From Dehalococcoidia bacterium (GTDB lineage: Bacteria; Chloroflexota; Dehalococcoidia; Lucifugimonadales; JADFKI01): DNA of 32,000 nucleotides. The notes beneath the pieces were generated by a model. It ran no database searches and was not told the origin of the DNA. It was given only the letters and a program-made list of their open reading frames with translations. Shown here piece after piece: positions 1-6,756 of the stretch (position 1 is the stretch's first letter; every line of letters begins with the position of its first letter). Where the stretch lies: contig DAOUKP010000020.1 of the NCBI GenBank assembly GCA_034421195.1, positions 145,181-177,180 on the forward strand, read 5' to 3'. A program made the position numbers and the translations under genes.

Positions 1-96
1 GGGTTCGCCATCTTCCTCACTGTGATGTCCCTGAACTTCATGGGCGACTGGCTGCGGGATAAGCTCGACCCGCGTTTGAGGCAACTTTCGAGCTAG
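1..96 (+). CDS. 3' end of an Opp/Dpp-type ABC transporter permease (5' part lies outside the window)
   Basis: Frame 1 reads [31 protein letters not shown]. The N(F/L)xGDxLRDxLDPRL tail is characteristic of oligopeptide/dipeptide ABC permease C-termini. It is absent from the ORF track because it is open at the window edge. Confidence 0.6.
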   Translation, partial: GFAIFLTVMSLNFMGDWLRDKLDPRLRQLSS

Positions 97-125
97 TGCT
101 GAGACAACATAGACTCTTTGGAGTA

Positions 126-158
126 GGGACGCCTGAGCAAATCGGGCGTCCTTATTTT
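126..158 (+). terminator. Rho-independent terminator after the ABC permease gene
   Basis: GGGACGCCTGA (126-136) pairs with TCGGGCGTCCT (142-152) with G-U wobbles, around a 5-nt loop. TTATTTT follows directly. Confidence 0.6.
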
Positions 159-166
159 CATTATGC

Positions 167-196
167 TTGACCGGATACGCTGCCTCTCGCTAAAAT
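167..196 (+). promoter_or_regulatory. Candidate sigma70-type promoter for the thrS leader
   Basis: TTGACC (167-172), 18-nt spacer, TAAAAT (191-196). It sits between the upstream terminator and thrS. Sequence match only. Confidence 0.3.
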
Positions 197-287
197 ACAG
201 CAAGATATTATCCAACGATTCACTGTAGGTAGATACCCTTGGGAACCCCGTAATCCGCTCATATCCAGAACACCATCTGACTACGCA

Positions 288-328
288 GCCTCCCGTTGCT
301 CTTCGGGCAACGCGGGAGGCTTCTGTTT
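288..328 (+). terminator. GC-rich hairpin plus U-tract inside the thrS 5' leader (attenuator-like intrinsic terminator)
   Basis: GCCTCCCG/TTGC (288-299) pairs with GCAA/(CG bulge)/CGGGAGGC (307-320). TTCTGTTTG follows. It lies about 115 nt upstream of the thrS ATG and is oriented for the + strand. Confidence 0.5.
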
Positions 329-440
329 GCCATACGTTATCTGCTGTTGCGATCTTTAACGAATGAATCACATCCTGCTGCGAGTTTGAGTCGCGCTATG
401 TCGCACCACTCTCTCGCCGTACATTCTGGAGGAAAATGAT

Positions 441-2189
441 ATGACCCTGAAACAGGATTCCGATCTCGCAAACCTGCGTGAGCGCATCCGCCATTCGGCA
501 GCGCATGTAATGGCGGATGTGGTGACGCGGATGTTCCCGGACATCAAGCTCGCCATCGGCCCACCCACGGAAGACGGATTCTACTATGACTTCCTGGCTC
601 CGCAGCCCTTCCGCGACGAAGACCTTGAGCGCATAGAAGAGCAGATGCAGGCAGTAATCGCCGAAGACTGCACGTTCGAGTACAGCGAATACCTTAGAGA
701 CGAGGCTCTGGAACTGAATGCAAATGAGCCTCTGAAACTTGAGATTATCAGCGAAATCCCAGAAGACGAGACTATTTCAACCTATCGCCACGGTGAGTTC
801 GAGGACCTGTGTGCCGGGCCGCATGTGGAATCAACGGGCAAGATTCCGGCGTTCAAGCTGCTCAGTGTCGCGGGCGCCTACTGGCGCGGCGACGAAAAGC
901 GCCCCATGCTCCAGCGCATATATGGTACAGCCTTCGAGTCGAAAGAGGCGCTCGACGAACACCTGCATCGCCTAGAAGAAGCGAGACGTCGCGATCATAG
1001 GCTCCTCGGAAGGGAGTTGGACCTATTCTCAGTTCACGACGAGACTGGGCCGGGTCTCATCATTTGGCATCCGAAGGGGGCGCGTCTGCGGGGACTGATC
1101 GAAGACTTCTGGAAGCAGGAGCACTACAACGCAGACTATGACCTTGTGTACACGCCGCACATCGGGCGTTCCACGCTATGGGAGACGAGCGGCCATCTCG
1201 ACTTCTACCAGGAGAATATGTACGCCTCAATGGACATGGATGGTCAGGACTACTACCTAAAGCCGATGAACTGCCCGTTCCACATCATGTACTATCGAAC
1301 CGCGATGCGAAGTTACCGGGACTTGCCAATGCGAGTCGGCGAACTCGGTTCAGTCTATCGATATGAGCGTGGCGGAGTGCTGCATGGATTGTTGCGGGTG
1401 CGTGGCATGACGCAAGATGACGCCCATATTTTCTGCCGCCAGGACCAGGTGGTAGAAGAAGTCAACGGTGTGCTCGACCTCGACTTTCACCTGCTGGAAG
1501 CAATGGGTTTCAGCGAGTTCGAGGTGATGCTGTCCACACGTCCGGAGAAAGCAGTGGGCGACCCTGAGCGATGGGAGCTGGCAACCGAATCGCTGCGCCA
1601 GACGCTAGAGAAGCGAGGAATGCCTTTCGAGGTGGATGAAGGCGGTGGTGCGTTCTATGGCCCCAAAATAGACATACACATCCGTGACGCCATCGGCAGA
1701 CTGTGGCAATGCACGACCGTACAGTTTGACTTCAATCTTCCGGAGCGCTTCGGACTAACCTACATCGGCGAGGATGGTCAGGAGCACCAGCCGTATATGG
1801 TTCATCGCGCGCTTCTGGGTTCACTCGAACGCTTCATAGGAGTGCTCATAGAACATTATGGCGGGGCGTTTCCTGTGTGGTTAGCTCCCGTGCAGGCAGT
1901 TGTGATTCCGATTGCCGACCGTCATGTAGAATATGCCGACTCCGTTCGTACACAATTGGCCGCCGCGGGAATCCGTGCTCAGACAGACGGACGCAACGAG
2001 CGTATGAACGCAAAAATCCGCGAGGCTCAGTTGCAAAAGATACCCTACATGCTCGTAGTAGGCGACCGCGAGGCAGACGCCGGAGCTGCGGCTGTGCGTC
2101 TTCGTTCCGGAGAGAATTTGGGAGCGATCCCAGTAGCGGAAGTTGTAGGGCGCATCGTGCAGGAGGCTGATTCTAAGATACAGCCGTAG
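441..2189 (+). CDS. thrS: Threonine--tRNA ligase (ThrRS), short form starting at the N2 editing domain with no N-terminal TGS domain
   Basis: 582-aa ORF with GGAGG at 429-433, 7 nt before the ATG. Editing-domain motifs RHSAAHVM and DLCAGPH are present. Class II catalytic motifs are present (YLKPMNCPFH, RVRGMTQDDAHIF, GGGAFYGPKID), followed by a C-terminal anticodon-binding domain. Confidence 0.96.
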   Translation: MTLKQDSDLANLRERIRHSAAHVMADVVTRMFPDIKLAIGPPTEDGFYYDFLAPQPFRDEDLERIEEQMQAVIAEDCTFEYSEYLRDEALELNANEPLKLEIISEIPEDETISTYRHGEFEDLCAGPHVESTGKIPAFKLLSVAGAYWRGDEKRPMLQRIYGTAFESKEALDEHLHRLEEARRRDHRLLGRELDLFSVHDETGPGLIIWHPKGARLRGLIEDFWKQEHYNADYDLVYTPHIGRSTLWETSGHLDFYQENMYASMDMDGQDYYLKPMNCPFHIMYYRTAMRSYRDLPMRVGELGSVYRYERGGVLHGLLRVRGMTQDDAHIFCRQDQVVEEVNGVLDLDFHLLEAMGFSEFEVMLSTRPEKAVGDPERWELATESLRQTLEKRGMPFEVDEGGGAFYGPKIDIHIRDAIGRLWQCTTVQFDFNLPERFGLTYIGEDGQEHQPYMVHRALLGSLERFIGVLIEHYGGAFPVWLAPVQAVVIPIADRHVEYADSVRTQLAAAGIRAQTDGRNERMNAKIREAQLQKIPYMLVVGDREADAGAAAVRLRSGENLGAIPVAEVVGRIVQEADSKIQP

Positions 2190-2250
2190 GGGAAAGATGG
2201 TCACTGGTCTTTGCGTTCGACTACAAGCGCAGAAACAGGCTTGTTGACTA

Positions 2251-2279
2251 TTGCTTAGTGATAAACCTTATGCTATATT
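2251..2279 (+). promoter_or_regulatory. Candidate promoter for infC-rpmI-rplT
   Basis: TTGCTT (2251-2256), 17-nt spacing, then TATATT (2274-2279) preceded by an extended -10 TGc. It lies in an AT-rich 133-nt gap after thrS. Sequence match only. Confidence 0.35.
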
Positions 2280-2322
2280 CTGTTCATATTATGCCTAATC
2301 AGATAATTTTTCATATGGAGAG

Positions 2323-2904
2323 GTGAGCAGAATCCCACCAAGAGAGTACCGAGTCAATCATCGTATCCGAGTGCCGGAAGTTCGTCTTGTTGACGATCGC
2401 GGCGAGCAGTTGGGCGTCATGCAGACCCGCGAAGCAATAGAGATTGCGGATGAGCGAGGTCTGGACTTAGTCGAAGTGGCGCCCACGGCAAGGCCGCCTG
2501 TGTGCCGCATTATGGACTACGGGAAGTTCAAGTACGATAACACCCGCAAGGAACGCGAAGCCCGTAAGGCGCGCAAAGCCAAGGCGATGCAGGAGCAGCG
2601 GGAAGTTCGCATGAAAACCCGTATCGGACAGCACGACTTAGCGTCGAAAACGCGACTTGTGAAACGTTTGCTAGGCGGCGGCGCGAAGGTCAAGGTATCC
2701 GTAATGTTCCGAGGTCGGGAAATCGCACACCCTGAACTCGGCATGCAGTTACTTCGAACAGTTGCCAATGACTTAGTGGACGAGGCTCTCCTTGAGCGCC
2801 CACCGGCTTTTGAGGGGCGCTTCTTGGCGATGACGCTTGTGCCGAACCCAAATATGGAAAAGTCCAAAGAACCATCACAGGAGAAGGAAGTTGCCCAAAC
2901 TTAA
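2323..2904 (+). CDS. infC: Translation initiation factor IF-3. The track start GTG 2323 is probably wrong; the likely start is the non-canonical ATC at 2332.
   Basis: YRVNHRIRVPEVRLVDDRGEQLGVM...EIADERGLDLVEV...PPVCRIMDYGKFKY is classic IF-3. It sits in the conserved thrS-infC-rpmI-rplT context. The SD GGAGAGGTGA (2317-2326) overlaps the GTG. Confidence 0.93.
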   Translation: MSRIPPREYRVNHRIRVPEVRLVDDRGEQLGVMQTREAIEIADERGLDLVEVAPTARPPVCRIMDYGKFKYDNTRKEREARKARKAKAMQEQREVRMKTRIGQHDLASKTRLVKRLLGGGAKVKVSVMFRGREIAHPELGMQLLRTVANDLVDEALLERPPAFEGRFLAMTLVPNPNMEKSKEPSQEKEVAQT

Positions 2905-3094
2905 GACACACAAAGGGGCACGCGCAAGATTCCGTGTTACCTCCACCGGAAAGCTCGTCCGCATGAAGGGGCATCGCAGCCACCTACGGCGCAAGAAATC
3001 CAATAAGGTCAAGCGCCAGTTCAATGGCAAGATCGACGTTAGTCCGGCGGACGCGCCGCGAATCAGAAAGTTGCTCCCCTACGGCGTATCGTAG
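2891..3094 (+). CDS. rpmI: 50S ribosomal protein L35
   Basis: A TTG start at 2891 gives MPKLKTHKGARARFRVTSTGKLVRMKGHRSH (67 aa). The SD AGGAGAAGGA lies 7 nt upstream. The gene overlaps the infC stop. The track's 85-aa version from ATG 2837 adds a non-L35 N-terminus. Confidence 0.9.
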   Translation: MPKLKTHKGARARFRVTSTGKLVRMKGHRSHLRRKKSNKVKRQFNGKIDVSPADAPRIRKLLPYGVS

Positions 3095-3162
3095 CGCCGC
3101 ACAAAAAGGGCTGCAATTCGATCTGACTTTCGATACAATAGAATAACTAGAATGATAGACTT

Positions 3163-3190
3163 ACCAGGCGCACTAAACCAGTCGCCTGGT
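3163..3190 (+). promoter_or_regulatory. Stem-loop in the unusually long rpmI-rplT spacer, directly upstream of the rplT SD
   Basis: ACCAGGCG (3163-3170) pairs with CGCCTGGT (3183-3190) around a 12-nt loop. TTGTATGTT and the SD AAAGGAG (3201-3207) follow. Confidence 0.3.
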
Positions 3191-3217
3191 TTGTATGTTC
3201 AAAGGAGTCTGATACAA

Positions 3218-3583
3218 GTGACCAGGATAAAGCGTGGCACCAACAAGCGCCGCCGACACAAGAAACTTCTGAAGGCGACCAAGGGGCACCAAGGCGTCAG
3301 GCACACCCTGTATCGTCGCGCCCACGAATCCCTGATTCACGCCCTTGCCTACTCTTATGCACATCGCAAGGAGAAGAAGGGCGACATGCGAAAGTTGTGG
3401 AACATACGCATCAACGCTGCTGCACGTGCCAATGGCACCACGTATAGCCGTCTTATCCACGGGCTGAAGCTCGCAGGGGTTGAGATAAACCGCAAGATGC
3501 TTGCCGAAATAGCCATACGCGACCCAGAGGCATTTTCCAAAATCGCAGAGCAGGCGAAGGCGCAACTGGAGCCGGCGGCTTAA
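3218..3583 (+). CDS. rplT: 50S ribosomal protein L20
   Basis: A GTG start at 3218 gives (M)TRIKRGTNKRRRHKKLLKATKGHQG...AYSYAHRKEKKGDMRKLWNIRINAAAR (121 aa), with AAAGGAG upstream. The track's 143-aa start at 3152 adds non-homologous residues. Confidence 0.92.
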   Translation: MTRIKRGTNKRRRHKKLLKATKGHQGVRHTLYRRAHESLIHALAYSYAHRKEKKGDMRKLWNIRINAAARANGTTYSRLIHGLKLAGVEINRKMLAEIAIRDPEAFSKIAEQAKAQLEPAA

Positions 3584-3615
3584 ATCCTTTCACACAGCCG
3601 TGTGCCCTGTGGCAT

Positions 3616-4302
3616 CTAGTTCCCCACAAGCCTAACGTCGTGAGCCACATCCTCGGATTCCAGAGGTAGCGTAAATGCCGAGCGCATGATTCCTTCAGCA
3701 TCGATGATGTAAATCGGGGCTGAATGGATTACGCGTCCAGTCTGCTCTACAAGCGCACTGACACCCCCGCTTCCCGATTCGCGCACTTGTGGGGTGCTCT
3801 TCGTATTCGCTCTTCCCGGCCCATGCACATAAGGGTCGATGTAGTATGCCTTCCACACTTCCTTCAGCACGGCATCTTCACCCACCAGGTATGTCCAGCG
3901 ATCGGTCATCTGCCAGCGTTGAGAATACGCTAATGCGCTGTCAACCGTATCCCCTTCCGGGTCCACGCTCACGATCACGACAGCAGTGTCTGGGCCATCC
4001 TCTTCCAACAGTATGGCAACATCACGCAGGTGATTCGCGACGATTGGGCAGACATCCGGACATTCCGTGTACAGGAATGTCAGTACGACAACCCTTCCGG
4101 CGAAGTCATGGTGCAGCGACTTGGGCGCGCCGAACTGGTCGGTCAGCGTGAAGTTTTGAGCCTGCCGGTCGCCGCTGATAGCCGTACCTTTGAAGTCCTC
4201 ACGCGCCGGTGTCGAAGAGCACGCAAGGAACAACAGTCCCGGAATCGTGAAGGCGAGGAGTAACCGAAGTTTGGGAGTCAATCGAGGATCCCATTTAGGC
4301 AT
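3616..4302 (-). CDS. SCO1/SenC-family thioredoxin-fold copper chaperone, probable lipoprotein
   Basis: It carries the CxxxC copper motif (LYTECPDVCP) and the distal conserved His (VIHSAPIYIIDAEG). I chose the start at ATG 4302 because MPKWDPRLTPKLRLLLAFTIPGLLFLAC forms a signal peptide plus lipobox. The track ORF extends to 4386. No clear SD precedes either start. Confidence 0.85.
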   Translation of the reverse strand: MPKWDPRLTPKLRLLLAFTIPGLLFLACSSTPAREDFKGTAISGDRQAQNFTLTDQFGAPKSLHHDFAGRVVVLTFLYTECPDVCPIVANHLRDVAILLEEDGPDTAVVIVSVDPEGDTVDSALAYSQRWQMTDRWTYLVGEDAVLKEVWKAYYIDPYVHGPGRANTKSTPQVRESGSGGVSALVEQTGRVIHSAPIYIIDAEGIMRSAFTLPLESEDVAHDVRLVGN

Positions 4303-4416
4303 CAACTGTTGCGAATGACAGGAGTGCAACCCGATTGGTAGATAAAGGCCGATGTGTCGCAAGTGTATAGGCACAATACGATTCACTTGCCATGCCGCTT
4401 ACAGGACAAGCTGTGA

Positions 4417-4629
4417 TCACGAATTACCCTTTTCCACCGCATTCTGCGCCAGAAATGCCACAACAGGAACGAAGATGACCAGCGCCAAGCCGAGAATAAT
4501 GACTCCCAACTCGCTATGCATCGCGTGGTGGAGATACAAGAAAACCATTCCGAGCGAAACCGCAAGAGCGCCAACTACCCCCAGCGACAGAATTGGAATA
4601 AACACTGCCAAAAGAAACCGCTGCATCAT
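4417..4629 (-). CDS. 70-aa two-TM membrane protein, uncharacterised, translationally coupled to ctaG
   Basis: There is an ATGA start/stop overlap with ctaG. Two hydrophobic helices flank a short HHAMHSE loop. The gene lies between ctaG and sco. Confidence 0.6.
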   Translation of the reverse strand: MMQRFLLAVFIPILSLGVVGALAVSLGMVFLYLHHAMHSELGVIILGLALVIFVPVVAFLAQNAVEKGNS

Positions 4630-5501
4630 CTGTAACTATCCTCCAACGTGGGGCCGTCTGCCCATCCGTCGTCTTTCTTACCGTATTGTTCTTCCGAGTC
4701 TAACTTCCGCACTGCTTCTTCCTGATTAAACCACTTGAAGAAGATTATTATCAGCAGCGCGAGGAAGTATAATCCGCTTCCGACCTTCATTATTATGCCG
4801 CCAATCTGCTGGTCCAGCAGTGGCGACAGGCTCCATATCCTCGGAGCCTGCACGTAGAAATCATATATGGGTTCCTCAGCGAAGGTTATTATAGCAAACA
4901 CAATGATCTGGGCAATCGAAAGAATGAAGATATAGCCCATCTGGAACGGGTAGTCCAGCCGCGGCAGCTCAGGCAGATTGCTTGTGAGCGGCCACCACAT
5001 CAGGACGGCCGTTGAGACCATCATAATGTGCTCCACTGCATGCACAGCCTCGCTGGTCAACGAGGAGTTGTAGAGCGCGGGAATATGCCATATAGAGAAT
5101 ACTGCATTGAAGGCGGCGAAAGCCGTCACCGGATGCGTGAGCACCCGCGCCACGCGAAAAGACCAGTTCGGGCGCAGCAACGGTCTGATGAGCCAGTCCG
5201 GAGTGCCGAGAACGAGCAAGGGGGGCGCTATCAGCGTCAGCAGCACATGCTGGGACATGTGCATGCTGAACAGAAAGCGTTCACTGAGAATGTGAAGCGG
5301 CGAAGCCAGCGCGAAGAAGATGACCACTATGCCCGCGCAAAAGGTCGCTATCTGCCGCGGCTCTGCGTACTCCGCCAGCCTGTACCGCTCTCGCAGGGGA
5401 CCAACGCCGTAGAGGTATGCACCCAAGAGCAGTGCAAGGCCGGCCATCGCGTCCCAGTGGGCTTCCCATTGCAGCCAGAGCGAACCCGCAATCTCGTTCA
5501 A
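4626..5501 (-). CDS. ctaG: Cytochrome c oxidase assembly factor CtaG (Bacillus-type, caa3_CtaG family)
   Basis: 291-aa polytopic membrane protein with the HMSQHVLLTLIAPPLLVLGTP motif typical of this family. It sits within the cta locus. Confidence 0.85.
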   Translation of the reverse strand: MNEIAGSLWLQWEAHWDAMAGLALLLGAYLYGVGPLRERYRLAEYAEPRQIATFCAGIVVIFFALASPLHILSERFLFSMHMSQHVLLTLIAPPLLVLGTPDWLIRPLLRPNWSFRVARVLTHPVTAFAAFNAVFSIWHIPALYNSSLTSEAVHAVEHIMMVSTAVLMWWPLTSNLPELPRLDYPFQMGYIFILSIAQIIVFAIITFAEEPIYDFYVQAPRIWSLSPLLDQQIGGIIMKVGSGLYFLALLIIIFFKWFNQEEAVRKLDSEEQYGKKDDGWADGPTLEDSYR

Positions 5502-5600
5502 TCTATGCTCCTAGTGTGTTCTCAGGAGCTTCCAGAGCATCCTAATGGGTAAGTGTGTGTGAATTCGCTCGCAAAAGACGGTCCCTGTCGCAGCAGGCGT

Positions 5601-5966
5601 CTATTTGCCACCCGTGAAGAAGGCGAACAAAGCCATCAGCGCGAACACGACCCCCGCAGCTACCACCAGCCCCGCAACGAACATCAAGGAGAATATCGGA
5701 ACATCTCTGCCGAAAATAGTTATCCCTACATTGTCGTATCTCAAGTGCATGTAGAACATCGCCACCAGCAGGAACTTGGCGGCGGACAGAAATCCCATGA
5801 CAGGTATGATGCCATAGCTCAGCCATTCCAGATAAAACAGGCCGAACTCAAGCGCCGTAAGCACTGAAAGCGTTATAGCTACCTTAAAGTATGTTAAAGG
5901 CGTGGGATGTCCGGTATGGACTTCTTCTGAATGCTCTTCCGCTAGGGCTTGGTGTTCTTGGCTCAT
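5601..5966 (-). CDS. ctaF: Cytochrome c oxidase subunit IV (prokaryotic COX4/CtaF-like)
   Basis: 121-aa protein with three TM helices, immediately downstream of ctaE. The HPTPLTYFKVAITLSVLTALEF region resembles the bacterial subunit IV family. Confidence 0.8.
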   Translation of the reverse strand: MSQEHQALAEEHSEEVHTGHPTPLTYFKVAITLSVLTALEFGLFYLEWLSYGIIPVMGFLSAAKFLLVAMFYMHLRYDNVGITIFGRDVPIFSLMFVAGLVVAAGVVFALMALFAFFTGGK

Positions 5967-6007
5967 TCGTTTCCTCTAGTATGCTCCAAAAAGTGCTTGT
6001 AAGGCTG

Positions 6008-6739
6008 CTAGAATCCGGGGAACACTCCAAACAGGTACACGACGGTGAAGATGACAATCCACACGATGTCAACGAAGTGCCAGTAGAGTGCAGCTAAGTC
6101 GAGGTCCAAGTTTCTCTCCGGCGTCACCATCCCTTTCTTGAAAGACAGGAAGAATAGCGACAGCAGCCACACTATCCCCAGCGAAACGTGCGCCCCGTGG
6201 AAGCCTGTCAGTGTGTAGAAGGTTGAACCGAACAGGTTCGTCTTCGGCGTCAAGCCAACTTTCCCTTCCACTATGCCGTCTTGCTCGTCTTCGGTGCCGC
6301 ACTTCTTCGCAAGCTCCTGCTTCACCGGCGTCAGTTCCTTGACGCCTACGTCGGCGCAATAGACCTTGTGCTCATAGTTGGCGAATGTGGTGAACTCGTA
6401 CACCTGAAATCCGACGAAGGTTGCGCCCAGAAGACAGGTTGACGCCAGCCAGATACGAAACACCTTCATGCTGTTGCGAGTGAGCGCAGCATAAGCCAGC
6501 ACCATGCTCATACTGCTCATAAGCAGGACGAAGGTGCTGACCGTTGTAACGGGGATGCTGAACACATCCTCCGGAAGTGGGCCCGCGATGCTGCGGTTCT
6601 TGTACACAAGATAAGTTGCTATGAGAGTGCCGAAGAACATGCAGTCCGACCCCAGGAATGCCCACATGAGCATTTTCCTGTGGTTAAGGCCGGTTGTCGT
6701 CGGCTCGTGTTCGCCGTGGTGTGCGGTTGCTTGTGCCAC
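6008..6739 (-). CDS. ctaE: Cytochrome c oxidase subunit III (short five-helix form with an inserted hydrophilic loop)
   Basis: Motifs FFGTLIATYLVY, FYTLTGFHGAHVSLG and LYWHFVDIVWIVIF are present. Confidence 0.92.
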   Translation of the reverse strand: MAQATAHHGEHEPTTTGLNHRKMLMWAFLGSDCMFFGTLIATYLVYKNRSIAGPLPEDVFSIPVTTVSTFVLLMSSMSMVLAYAALTRNSMKVFRIWLASTCLLGATFVGFQVYEFTTFANYEHKVYCADVGVKELTPVKQELAKKCGTEDEQDGIVEGKVGLTPKTNLFGSTFYTLTGFHGAHVSLGIVWLLSLFFLSFKKGMVTPERNLDLDLAALYWHFVDIVWIVIFTVVYLFGVFPGF

Positions 6740-6756
6740 TTAAATAAGCCTCCGGG

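Noticed and set aside
159-440. T-box riboswitch upstream of thrS
   Set aside because: The position and the terminator fit a T-box. However, I could not find the conserved T-box core sequence, a Stem I GA/K-turn, or a specifier-loop arrangement by eye. I kept it only as an unclassified leader, and an Rfam scan is needed.
93-568. Minus-strand ORFs of 92 aa (93-371) and 66 aa (368-568) in the thrS upstream region
   Set aside because: They have no protein-like composition or motifs. They overlap the two + strand terminator hairpins and the thrS start. The region is better explained as a non-coding leader.
3584-3615. Bidirectional terminator between the convergent rplT and sco genes
   Set aside because: Only 5-bp stems are available (CACAC/GTGTG or CACAG/CTGTG) and there is no U-tract on either strand.
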